This document shows, piece after piece, positions 49,456 to 59,472 of a DNA stretch of 64,000 bases (the stretch's first letter is position 1; the number at the start of each line of letters is the position of its first letter). The position numbers were made by a program, and so were the translations under genes. Below the pieces are notes generated by a model. That model was not told the DNA's origin. It saw only the letters and a list, made by a program, of their open reading frames with translations, and made no database searches. Origin of the DNA: Bacteroidota bacterium (GTDB lineage Bacteria; Bacteroidota; Bacteroidia; Flavobacteriales; Flavobacteriaceae). The stretch lies in NCBI GenBank assembly GCA_040389425.1, contig JAZJZW010000002.1, positions 22,976-86,975 on the forward strand, in the 5' to 3' direction.

Positions 49456-50256
49456 ATGGTTACTCCTTTTCAGATTATGATAATGCTGTTGCTGTTTGCT
49501 ATTTTACTTATAATTATTTTTAAAATAGTTATTAAGCCCATTTATCTCTACTACTTTCTTCGTAAGCTTAAACTATCAACTTCTGATTGTATTTTTTTAG
49601 AAAATAATTTTTCATTTTATAAAAAGTTATCTGAAGGGAAAAAGATTTTTTTTAATTACCGTGTAGCTACTTTTATGAATAAATACCAAATTATAGGTCA
49701 GGGCGGTTTTGTTATTACTGATGAAGTAAGATTGCTTTTAGCGGCTACATTTGTGATGCTAACATTTGGTATGAAGAATTATTTAATTGATAATTTTAAT
49801 AAAATTATTATTTACTCCGAAAATTATTATTCGCTTATAACAAAGCAATATCATAAAGGCGAATTTAATCCTGCTTTGAAAGCCATAGTCTTTTCTTGGA
49901 AAGATTTTAAAGAAGGCTTGCGTTTTGAGAATGATAATCTAAATCTAGGCTTGCACGAATTTGCACATGCAGTATATTTTCATGGATTAAATTCAAGTGA
50001 TGAAAGCAGTTTGGTTTTTTCAAATTTCTATACTAAAATTCAGGAATATTTAGTTCGACCTAATATCATGCATCAGTTAGTGATGTCTAATTATTTTAGG
50101 ATTTATGCTTATACCAATCAGGCAGAATTTTTAGCGGTTGTCTTGGAGCATTTTTTTGAAACACCTCATATCTTTAAGGAGGAATTTCCAGAGCTATTTG
50201 CCTATGTTAAGGACATGATAAATTTTGATGAGAACGATTTGATATATTCGATTTAA
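49456..50256 (+). CDS. Zinc-dependent peptidase, MtfA/M90 family
   Basis: LHEFAH zinc motif, YAYTNQAEFLAV..E.FFE.P. Confidence 0.85.
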   Translation: MVTPFQIMIMLLLFAILLIIIFKIVIKPIYLYYFLRKLKLSTSDCIFLENNFSFYKKLSEGKKIFFNYRVATFMNKYQIIGQGGFVITDEVRLLLAATFVMLTFGMKNYLIDNFNKIIIYSENYYSLITKQYHKGEFNPALKAIVFSWKDFKEGLRFENDNLNLGLHEFAHAVYFHGLNSSDESSLVFSNFYTKIQEYLVRPNIMHQLVMSNYFRIYAYTNQAEFLAVVLEHFFETPHIFKEEFPELFAYVKDMINFDENDLIYSI

Positions 50257-50484
50257 TAAAATATCTATTTAAGGTTCATGAATTTAGGGTGTAATTTGTT
50301 GAGTAATATTTATTCCATTATGTGAAAATTATTTGGTTTAATGTTAAAAAAAACTTAACTTTCCACTTCCAAAATATCTAAATGGATTAACTTATTTCTT
50401 CGAGTTTTTTTTCTTTTAATAGAATTCCATTGTTTCAATATCGTCAGTTTTAAATATTATATATCGTAATCAAATAAAAAAAGT

Positions 50485-53202
50485 ATGTTCAAAAAGATTT
50501 GTTTTGTGTTCTTTATGTTTTTAGTTGTAATGCTAAATTCCTGTAAACAGAAAGAGGATAAAGATGAAATTTCTATTGGTTTTTCCCAAAGTATTGATCA
50601 CGATATATGGAGAAAATCGATGGAACATACAATGGAAATTGAAGCGGCATTGCATCCAGAAGTTAAATTAAAAATTTACAATGCTAATCGTAAATCCAAG
50701 AAACAGATAAAAGACATTGAAAAATTTATTGATGAGAAAGTAGATGCCATTATTGTATCCCCTTTTGAATCAGATTCTATAATTCCTGTAATAGAAAAAG
50801 CAAATTCGAAAGGAATTCCTGTTATTATAGTTGATAGAAAAGTAAATACTTCAAATTATACCGCTTATATAGGAGCTGATAATATTGAGGTGGGTCGAAT
50901 TGCAGGGAGACATATTGTTTCATTATCAGGTGGGAATGCAAAGGTAATTGAAATTAGAGGTTCGCGTTATACCTCGCCAGGATTAGAAAGAAGCTCTGGG
51001 TTTAATGAGATTGTCAGTAAGTATTCTGGTATTAAAGTAATTACTTTAGATGCGCGCAAAGATGAATTGCCTAAAGATGATTTTTTTAAAGCCTTAAATG
51101 AAAATCCAGATATTCGTTACGTGTTTGCTTATAATGACGTAATTGCATATCAAGCTTATCTTGTTGTTAAAAGTAAAAAGCTGGAAAAGAAAATTAAAAT
51201 AATTGGTGTTGATGGTATTAATGGACCTTATGGAGGAATTCAATTAGTCAAAGACGGTATTTTAAAAGCAACAGTATTGTATCCTACTGGAGGTAGTGAG
51301 GCTGTTAAGTTGGCCTTAAAGGTTATAAATAAAGAAATTGTCCCTAAAAATAATAATCTTAATACTGTTTTGATTGATTCTCTTAATGCTGAAATTATGA
51401 GTAATCAATTTGATAAAATTACTATTCAACAGTCGGATATTGAAGAGCAACAACACGTTATTAAAAATCAGGAAAGGAAATATACAAGTCAGAGTAATCT
51501 TCTTAAACTATTAATTATTTTATTTATAATTGTTTTTGGATTAGCTATATATAGTATCTATTCTCGAATTACCATTAGTCGTAAGAAGAATGAATTGGAA
51601 GGGAAAAACAAAAAAATTGTAATTCAAAGAAATGAAATTAAGGCATTTGCAAAGGAAATAAAACTGAGTAATGAAGCAAGACTTCTTTTTTTTACGGGTC
51701 TTTCTCATGAGTTTAAAACACCTTTAACATTGATTTTGAGTTCGGTGGAATCTTTGAAAGAAGAGTTTAAGAATAAGGGTATTGCTGTAAATACTGAAAT
51801 CAATTTAATGTATAATAATTCAAGAAGGTTACTGCGTTTAATCAATCAACTTTTGGATTATAGAAAAATAGAAGACAAAAAATTTGTACTTAGGGCATCA
51901 AAAACAAATATTCTCGATTTTTCAAAAAATATAATTTGCGATTTTGAAAAAGAAGCAAAGAGAAAGCTTATTGATTTTACTTTGACTTCTAATAATCCAG
52001 AATTAGAGATTTACATAGATCGTAATCTAATGGACAAGGTCTATTTTAATTTATTGTCTAATGCTTTTAAATTTACTCCTGAAAACGGTAAGATTTATAT
52101 TTCGATAAAAGAAGATAAATCGAATGGTTTAGTCAAAATTTCATTTAAAGATTCGGGAATTGGAATTCCTGAAAGTGAAATAGAAGAAGTTTTTAAAGCT
52201 TTTTATCAAGGATCAAATAATTACAGAAGCAGTTCGGGAATTGGACTGCATTTATCAAAGAATTTTATTGATTTACATAAAGGAAACATAGAAATTAATT
52301 CTAAAAATGGGACAGAGTTTGTTATAATATTGCCATTGGGCAAGGAACATCTGGACGAAAAATCAATAATAGAAGAGCCAGTTTTGGATTTAATTTCCCA
52401 ATCAGATTATTTAGATTCTAATTTTCAAGTAATAGAGCCAAAAAACCAAGAGGACAAATATTCTATTCTTTATATAGAGGATAATAATGATTTATTGGAT
52501 TTTATTACCAATAAATTTTCGACGCAGTATACGTTTTACACCTCTGATGGGACTGATGCAATTGAACGTACTTTAGAATTAATTCCGGATATTATTATCT
52601 GTGATTTGAATTTGCCAGATAAAAATGGTTTTGAAATTTGTGAAATTTTAAAGAAAGATTTAAGAACATCCCATATTCCTATTATAATATTAACAGCATC
52701 TGAAGATCAAGATTCTTATTTGAAAGCGCTAGAAAGCGGTGCTGATATTTTTCTGACCAAACCATTTGATTTAAAAGTTTTGGCTCAGTCAATCAAAGGA
52801 TTGCTTTTTAATAGGGAAAAATTACGGTTTTATTACACCAATAATATTTTAAAAATTGATGAAAATGGTTTTGGCGTTTTAGAACAAGATTTTTTAAGAA
52901 AACTTAATGATTTAATTGAGAAGAATGTCAGTAATTCAGATTATTCAGTTGAGAATTTAGCGCAAAATTTAAATATTTCCAGAGTGCAATTGTATCGAAA
53001 AGTGAAAGCAATATTAGGAATAAGTGTGAGTGATCATGTTCATAATATTCGATTGGAAAAATCAAAAATACTTCTTAAGAAAACCAATCAAAATATTTCA
53101 GAGATAGCTTATGCAGTAGGTTTTTCGTCGCCTAATTATTTTTCGACATCTTTTAAAAACAAATTTGGAGTTACACCTTCAGAATATAAAGGGGTTAAAT
53201 AA
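50485..53202 (+). CDS. Hybrid two-component sensor-regulator with periplasmic sugar-binding sensor domain (BT1754-like)
   Basis: RbsB-like domain (IGFSQ, IVDR, IGADN), TM, SHEFKTPL H-box, NLLSNAFKFT, receiver CDLNLP, AraC HTH. Confidence 0.92.
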   Translation: MFKKICFVFFMFLVVMLNSCKQKEDKDEISIGFSQSIDHDIWRKSMEHTMEIEAALHPEVKLKIYNANRKSKKQIKDIEKFIDEKVDAIIVSPFESDSIIPVIEKANSKGIPVIIVDRKVNTSNYTAYIGADNIEVGRIAGRHIVSLSGGNAKVIEIRGSRYTSPGLERSSGFNEIVSKYSGIKVITLDARKDELPKDDFFKALNENPDIRYVFAYNDVIAYQAYLVVKSKKLEKKIKIIGVDGINGPYGGIQLVKDGILKATVLYPTGGSEAVKLALKVINKEIVPKNNNLNTVLIDSLNAEIMSNQFDKITIQQSDIEEQQHVIKNQERKYTSQSNLLKLLIILFIIVFGLAIYSIYSRITISRKKNELEGKNKKIVIQRNEIKAFAKEIKLSNEARLLFFTGLSHEFKTPLTLILSSVESLKEEFKNKGIAVNTEINLMYNNSRRLLRLINQLLDYRKIEDKKFVLRASKTNILDFSKNIICDFEKEAKRKLIDFTLTSNNPELEIYIDRNLMDKVYFNLLSNAFKFTPENGKIYISIKEDKSNGLVKISFKDSGIGIPESEIEEVFKAFYQGSNNYRSSSGIGLHLSKNFIDLHKGNIEINSKNGTEFVIILPLGKEHLDEKSIIEEPVLDLISQSDYLDSNFQVIEPKNQEDKYSILYIEDNNDLLDFITNKFSTQYTFYTSDGTDAIERTLELIPDIIICDLNLPDKNGFEICEILKKDLRTSHIPIIILTASEDQDSYLKALESGADIFLTKPFDLKVLAQSIKGLLFNREKLRFYYTNNILKIDENGFGVLEQDFLRKLNDLIEKNVSNSDYSVENLAQNLNISRVQLYRKVKAILGISVSDHVHNIRLEKSKILLKKTNQNISEIAYAVGFSSPNYFSTSFKNKFGVTPSEYKGVK

Positions 53203-53240
53203 TCCGTCAGTTATATTTTAACTTTCTTTTTGATTGTATA

Positions 53241-53275
53241 GGTGTTACATGACTATAAATCATGTAACATAAGTG
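53241..53275. promoter_or_regulatory. Candidate PUL operator 1
   Basis: ggtgttacatgactataaatcatgtaacataagtg; 27/35 identical to 56321-56355. Confidence 0.6.
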
Positions 53276-53520
53276 TGCTTTTAGTAATTATATTTAATTT
53301 ATTTTTAGTTATTAAAAAGCTTGTATTAAGTGGTTTATGTGGTGTTTATTGTTTTTTGCAATCGAAATTAAGTAAATTGAAACATATTCTAAATACAAGT
53401 CTGATTTTTATTATCAATTTAGCTTAGTTTGTTTGTCATTGTAAATTAGATTTGATGATTTATGTATTGATAAACAGTTATTAAATTGTTTGATTCCAAT
53501 AAATAAACCACTATTTAATT

Positions 53521-55746
53521 ATGAAAAAGAATACTATTTTCTCTTTGTTAAAAAGGAAATTCAAATTTCTTGTCTTTTTCTTTTACGGTTTTGTATGCTC
53601 GTATGCGCAAAATATTACAATACCAATTGAAACTAAAGACAATGCACTCGTGTTGCAAACGGATAAAGATAATCGTTTGCGAAGCATCTATTTTGGAAAG
53701 CTACTTGGAAATAAAAACGAATACCCAGCTATTTCAAAAAGTTTTGATTTTAATGATGCCAATGCTGGAATTTATAATATTGCTTATACACCGGCGGGAA
53801 CTTCTAATTTGTCAGAACCTGCAATTCAGGTAAAACATGCTGATGGGAATACTTCATTAGAACTTAAATATGTTAGCCATAAAAGTGAGAAAATAGATGC
53901 TGATGTTTCTTTAACCAGTATCGTTTTGAAAGATCCAGTATATCCTTTTGAGGTGACTTTGTATTATAAAGTTTGGGCGAGTAAGAATGTAATTGAACAA
54001 TGGACTGAGATTAAGCACCAAGAGAAAAAAGCAGTCTTATTGCAAAAATATGCTTCGGCTAATTTATATTTCACCAATAAAGATTTTTACCTAACGAGTT
54101 TTCAAGGAGAGTATCTTAAGGAAATGCGACCTATTGAAACTAAATTAGAGCAAGGTTTAAGAGTTATAGATTCAAAATTAGGGACGAGAGCAATGCTTTT
54201 GCAAACACCAAATTTTATGCTTTCATTTGGTCAGCCTGTATCTGAAAATGAAGGTACGGTTATGTTGGGTCAACTTGCCTGGAGTGGTAATTTTAGATTA
54301 GATTTCGAAATTGACTCTTATAAAAATCTGCGTTTAATTACAGGAATTAATCCTTATGCATCAGAATATTCGCTTGCACCGAATCAAGTTTTTAAAACTC
54401 CTTCTTTAATTTATGCCTTATCAAACCACGGTACTGGAGAGGCAAGTCGCAATTTGCATGAATGGGCTAGAAAATATAGAGTTTTGGATGGCGAAGGGGA
54501 ACGTTTGACATTGTTGAATAACTGGGAAGCTACCTATTTTGATTTTGATGAAACTAAAATAAAAGATTTGTTTAAAGGAGCTAAGGCATTGGGAGTTGAC
54601 ATGTTTTTGTTAGATGATGGCTGGTTTGGAAATAAATATCCCCGAAATAATGATGATGCAGGGCTGGGAGACTGGCAGGAAAATAAGAAAAAATTACCTC
54701 ATGGATTGGGCTATTTGGTGAAAGAAGCTCAAAAAGAAGGAGTTAAATTTGGTATTTGGATTGAGCCCGAAATGGTTAACCCTAGAAGTGAATTGTATGA
54801 GAAACATCAGGACTGGGTTATTCGTCAGCCTGAGAGACCAGAGATTTATTATCGAAATCAACTGGTTTTAGATTTATCAAATCCAGAAGTTCAAAATTTT
54901 GTTTTCGGTATAGTAGATGATTTATTTATAAAAAATCCTGAATTGGCTTTTATCAAATGGGATTGTAATGCGGTAATTTATAATGCTTATTCTGCTTATC
55001 TTAATAAAAAAGGAATTCCGCAGTCTAATTTATATGTAGATTATATTCATGGATTGTATAAGGTTCTGGAGCGAATTAGGGCTAAGTATCCAAAAGTTCC
55101 TATGATGTTGTGCTCTGGCGGAGGAGGAAGAGGTGATTATGAATTCTTGAAATACTTCACTGAATTTTGGCCAAGCGATGATACAGACCCAATTGAAAGA
55201 ATATTTATGCAATGGAATTATTCTTATTTTTTCCCTGCTATAACATCATGTAATCATGTAACTGATTGGGGAAAACAGCCCTTAAAGTTTAGAGTAGATG
55301 TTGCGAGTATGGGGAAATTAGGTTTTGATATTGTTGAAAGCCATTTAAGTGAAAACGATAAAGTATACTGTAAACAAGCAATTTCAAATTATAATTCGTT
55401 TAAAGATATTGTTTGGCATGGCGATTTATATCGCTTGTTAAATCCGCATGAAAATAATATTTCAGCTTTGATGTATGTGAATAAAGAAAAAAGTAAAGCA
55501 ATTGTCTTTAACTATCTTGTTAATAATAGGTATAGTATTACTGCTACCGAAAGACCTATAGTTTTAGGCGGATTAGATCCTGATAAGAGTTATTCGGTAA
55601 AAGAAATAAACTTATATCCAGACACAAAATCGACCATTAATTCTGAAAAAAGTTATTCAGGAAATTTCTTGATGACGGTAGGGATAAATCCAAATGTGAC
55701 CTTAAAACGTACGAGTGTTTTATTGGAAATAACTCAAGAGAAATAA
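53521..55746 (+). CDS. Alpha-galactosidase, GH36, with signal peptide
   Basis: NNWEATYFDF, LDDGWFG, FGIWIEPEMV, IKWDCN, CSGGGGR, W.SDDTD. Confidence 0.93.
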   Translation: MKKNTIFSLLKRKFKFLVFFFYGFVCSYAQNITIPIETKDNALVLQTDKDNRLRSIYFGKLLGNKNEYPAISKSFDFNDANAGIYNIAYTPAGTSNLSEPAIQVKHADGNTSLELKYVSHKSEKIDADVSLTSIVLKDPVYPFEVTLYYKVWASKNVIEQWTEIKHQEKKAVLLQKYASANLYFTNKDFYLTSFQGEYLKEMRPIETKLEQGLRVIDSKLGTRAMLLQTPNFMLSFGQPVSENEGTVMLGQLAWSGNFRLDFEIDSYKNLRLITGINPYASEYSLAPNQVFKTPSLIYALSNHGTGEASRNLHEWARKYRVLDGEGERLTLLNNWEATYFDFDETKIKDLFKGAKALGVDMFLLDDGWFGNKYPRNNDDAGLGDWQENKKKLPHGLGYLVKEAQKEGVKFGIWIEPEMVNPRSELYEKHQDWVIRQPERPEIYYRNQLVLDLSNPEVQNFVFGIVDDLFIKNPELAFIKWDCNAVIYNAYSAYLNKKGIPQSNLYVDYIHGLYKVLERIRAKYPKVPMMLCSGGGGRGDYEFLKYFTEFWPSDDTDPIERIFMQWNYSYFFPAITSCNHVTDWGKQPLKFRVDVASMGKLGFDIVESHLSENDKVYCKQAISNYNSFKDIVWHGDLYRLLNPHENNISALMYVNKEKSKAIVFNYLVNNRYSITATERPIVLGGLDPDKSYSVKEINLYPDTKSTINSEKSYSGNFLMTVGINPNVTLKRTSVLLEITQEK

Positions 55747-55798
55747 AGATTTAAAGTATCCTGCTTACTGAATATTGGTAAGGAGCATTTTTAAATAG

Positions 55799-55838
55799 AA
55801 AGGGCTGTTATACAACTTGTGTAACAGTCCTTTTTTGT
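55799..55838 (+). terminator. Terminator after GH36
   Basis: aagggctgttatac...gtgtaacagtcctttttt. Confidence 0.75.
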
Positions 55839-56320
55839 CTTAAATAGGTTTTACAGTGAGTAAGTGTTACGAGTTTTCATTAAACGCTTTTTTAGTTGGA
55901 ATTCCACCTCTTTTGTTATTGATAAATAGATGGGTTTTGCTGTTTTTGAAAATCTTTTTATTCTCCTATTTAAGTGTTCTTTTCAATAGTATTTAAACAT
56001 CTTTTTAATGTGTGTTTTCGAAAGAGAATATTAAAATAAGAAAGGTGCATATATTGATATTAAATAGCAATTCCATGTTGTGTAATTTGGTTTTCTTTTT
56101 TTAAGAGTAAACCAACTATTGTGTTTAATCCAATAAAATTATTGTTGTAATGGGTGGGTTTTATAAATGGATTAAGGCTAAAGAGATCCTTTTTTAGGGA
56201 ATATTCCAATACTTTTTTGTTTAAAAACCTTTAATTTTTGTACAAAGTATAATTAAATGTTGTTAAAAAAGCATAAAACATAATTTTAAGGCTAATTCAT
56301 TGGCTGTTAGGTGTGTAGTT

Positions 56321-56355
56321 GGTGTAACAAGATTATACTTTATGTAACATGACTG
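56321..56355. promoter_or_regulatory. Candidate PUL operator 2
   Basis: ggtgtaacaagattatactttatgtaacatgactg. Confidence 0.6.
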
Positions 56356-56537
56356 CAATCCAAGCCTTACTTTACTGCATTTAAATTAATATTTCTTTAA
56401 CAATTATCTCTTATATAGCGTGGGTTTTATTCGGTTTTAACATTGTTTTTACATTTTTAAACACAATTGTAACATCTCTAAAATAGGTTTGAAAATTTTA
56501 CGGATAATTTAGTAATTGAATTTAAAATTTGTGGATA

Positions 56538-57860
56538 ATGAAAAAAATTGTCGTTTGGTCATTGATTGCTTCGCTAGCTGGATTTCTGTTTGGTTTTGAT
56601 ACTGTAGTTATTTCTGGAGCAGATAAAAAGTTACAAGCTTTATGGGATTCATCAGATGCTTTCCATGGTACAATTGTCATGGGAATGGCTTTATGGGGTA
56701 CTGTAATAGGTGCAATTTTTGGAGGGATACCAACTAATAAATTAGGTAGAAAAAATACTTTATTATGGATTGGAATATTGTTTTTCTTTTCAGCTATTGG
56801 ATCTGCCCTTGCAAATAGTCCTTATGTATTTGCTGCTTTTCGATTTATTGGTGGATTAGGTGTTGGCGCATCAACAATTGCGGCACCAGCTTACATTTCT
56901 GAAATCGCTCCTGCAAAAGATAGAGGGAAATTGGTAGCTTTTTATCAGTTTAATATCGTTCTAGGAATTCTTATGGCTTTTCTTTCTAATTATTTACTGA
57001 AAGACATTGGTGATAATTCATGGAGATGGATGATGGGAGTACAAGCATTTCCATCTTTGATTTATTCGTTATTCATTTTTTCGATTCCAAAAAGCCCAAG
57101 ATGGTTGCTATCAAAGAATAGAGATGAAGAAGCTAAAAAAGTTTTGCAATTAATGGGACTTGAGGCTGATTTTGAAACAATGAAGGCGGAAATTGATGCA
57201 GATAATGCCAATGCAGCTCTTGCAAATGACAACATTTTTTTAAAAAAATATAGAACACCATTATTATTAGCATTCTTGATTGCTTTTTTTAATCAATTAT
57301 CAGGGATTAATGCTTTCCTATATTATTCCAGTAGAATTTTTCAAGAAGCAGGTTTAGGTGAAAGTACCGCCTTGTTAAGTAGTATTGGAATTGGGATAGT
57401 GAATCTAATTTTTACGTTGTTAGGTGTTTCCCTAATTGACAGATTGGGGCGTAAAGTCTTAATGTATATAGGTTCTGTTGGATACATTATTTCACTTAGT
57501 TTAGTGGCAATGGCATTCTTTTTCCATTGGGAAGGAATTATGGTTCCAGTGTTTTTATTCTTGTTTATTGCTTCACATGCAATAGGTCAAGGAGCAGTAA
57601 TCTGGGTGTTTATTTCAGAAATTTTCCCTAATCATCTAAGAGCCTCCGGACAAGCTTTTGGTAGTACAACCCACTGGGTTTTAGCAGCCATTATACCATC
57701 GTTTATTCCTTTTCTATTTTCTACAATTGGTCCTGGAGTTGTGTTTTTGTTTTTTGCCATAATGATGGTATTCCAGCTCTTTTTTGTTGCTTTTATGATG
57801 CCTGAGACCAAGGGAGTTTCTTTGGAAGAGTTAAGTAAAAAATTAATTAAAAATCAATAG
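56538..57860 (+). CDS. Sugar porter family MFS transporter
   Basis: GFLFGFDT, LGRK, YISEIAP..RG, PKSPRWL, PETKG; ATG at 56538. Confidence 0.93.
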   Translation: MKKIVVWSLIASLAGFLFGFDTVVISGADKKLQALWDSSDAFHGTIVMGMALWGTVIGAIFGGIPTNKLGRKNTLLWIGILFFFSAIGSALANSPYVFAAFRFIGGLGVGASTIAAPAYISEIAPAKDRGKLVAFYQFNIVLGILMAFLSNYLLKDIGDNSWRWMMGVQAFPSLIYSLFIFSIPKSPRWLLSKNRDEEAKKVLQLMGLEADFETMKAEIDADNANAALANDNIFLKKYRTPLLLAFLIAFFNQLSGINAFLYYSSRIFQEAGLGESTALLSSIGIGIVNLIFTLLGVSLIDRLGRKVLMYIGSVGYIISLSLVAMAFFFHWEGIMVPVFLFLFIASHAIGQGAVIWVFISEIFPNHLRASGQAFGSTTHWVLAAIIPSFIPFLFSTIGPGVVFLFFAIMMVFQLFFVAFMMPETKGVSLEELSKKLIKNQ

Positions 57861-57861
57861 T

Positions 57862-59460
57862 ATGTATAGAATAAGAACAAAAAAATGGTTGGGGGCAATA
57901 AGCTGTCTCGTGGTTTTTGTGGGTTTATTTTCTTGTAAAGAATCTACAGTTTTGGACAAAAAAAGTTATACAGAAGAAGAGTTGTATAGACCTAATTTTC
58001 ATTTTACTCCTAAAAAAAGTTGGATGAATGATCCTAATGGATTGTTTTATTACAATGGATACTATCATCTTTTTTATCAATATTATCCTGATTCAAATGT
58101 ATGGGGACCTATGCATTGGGGGCATGCTATAAGTACTGACCTTATTACTTGGATCGAAAAGCCTATAGCAATTTATCCAGACGAAAAGGGCTATATTTTT
58201 TCAGGTAGTGCTGTGGTTGATTTAAAAAACACTTCTGGATTTGGCAGTTTGAAAAATCCACCAATTGTAGCCATGTTTACCTACCATGATCCAGTAAAAG
58301 AAAAAGCTGGAGCTATAGATGCACAATCACAAGGAATTGCCTATTCATTAAATGAAGGTTTGACTTGGACGAAATATGATGCTAATCCAGTGATTAAAAA
58401 TCCGAATCTTAAAGATTTCAGAGATCCTAAAATGACTTGGGACAATATTCATCAACAATGGTTAATGGTTTTGGCTGCTGGCGATAGAACTTTCTTTTAT
58501 GCTTCTAAAGATTTAAAAAATTGGGAATTACTTTCTGATTTCGGAAAAGAAATTGGCGCTCATGGTGGTGTTTGGGAATGTCCAGATTTATTTCCAATGC
58601 TAATTGATGGTTCAGATGATTATAAATGGGTGCTTTTAGTAAGTATAAATCCTGGAGGACCTAATGGAGGTTCTGCTACTCAGTATTTTATTGGAGATTT
58701 TGATGGTAAGACATTTAAACTTGATGAGTCTTTTTCTAAGGATTTAAAAGAGAAAAAATCTAACTGGATTGATTACGGAAGAGATAATTATGCAGGTGTT
58801 ACCTGGTCAAATATATCTGAGATTGATGGTAGGAAACTGTTTATAGGCTGGATGTCTAACTGGGATTATGGTCAGAAAGTTCCAACTAAAAAATGGAGAA
58901 GCAGCATGACTATACCAAGAGAAATGTCATTTGTAAAAGATGAGGGACATTACAAGGTTTCTTTTCAGCCAGTAAGAGAATTACAAAATTATGTTTCGAA
59001 AACGATTAAAAAAGAAACATTTAAAATTACTAAAAAGACAGTGCTAATTGATAAATCGTTAATTGATTTATCAAAATTCGAAATTCGATTCGATATCAAT
59101 AATTTAAAAAATGATGTTTATGCTTTTTCTCTGTCTAATGGATCAGGCAATACCATTGAGTTTGGAATAAATAAAAAGGATAAGTTCTTTTTTATTGATA
59201 GAAAAAAATCAGGAAATATTTCTTTTTCTGATGCCTTTGCAAAACAAATTTCAAAAGCTCCATTTACAAAAAATTTCGATAAAATGGATGTGAGAGTTGT
59301 TGTAGATAAAACTTCTATTGAAGTGTTTTATGACAATGGTAAAACTGTTATGACTGAGATATTTTTTCCAGAAAAACCTATGGAAACATTTTCGGTTAGC
59401 AAAAATAATTTCGATTACACAATTCAAAATCTAATAATTAATCAACTAAATTTTAACTAA
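57862..59460 (+). CDS. GH32 beta-fructofuranosidase/levanase, probable lipoprotein
   Basis: WMNDPNG, HWGHA, FSGS, RDP, WECPD; LFSC lipobox. Confidence 0.94.
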   Translation: MYRIRTKKWLGAISCLVVFVGLFSCKESTVLDKKSYTEEELYRPNFHFTPKKSWMNDPNGLFYYNGYYHLFYQYYPDSNVWGPMHWGHAISTDLITWIEKPIAIYPDEKGYIFSGSAVVDLKNTSGFGSLKNPPIVAMFTYHDPVKEKAGAIDAQSQGIAYSLNEGLTWTKYDANPVIKNPNLKDFRDPKMTWDNIHQQWLMVLAAGDRTFFYASKDLKNWELLSDFGKEIGAHGGVWECPDLFPMLIDGSDDYKWVLLVSINPGGPNGGSATQYFIGDFDGKTFKLDESFSKDLKEKKSNWIDYGRDNYAGVTWSNISEIDGRKLFIGWMSNWDYGQKVPTKKWRSSMTIPREMSFVKDEGHYKVSFQPVRELQNYVSKTIKKETFKITKKTVLIDKSLIDLSKFEIRFDINNLKNDVYAFSLSNGSGNTIEFGINKKDKFFFIDRKKSGNISFSDAFAKQISKAPFTKNFDKMDVRVVVDKTSIEVFYDNGKTVMTEIFFPEKPMETFSVSKNNFDYTIQNLIINQLNFN

Positions 59461-59472
59461 ACTATCTAAATC

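Noticed and set aside
53242-53427. 61 aa GTG-start ORF upstream of GH36
   Set aside because: Low-complexity AT-rich frame overlapping the operator and promoter region.
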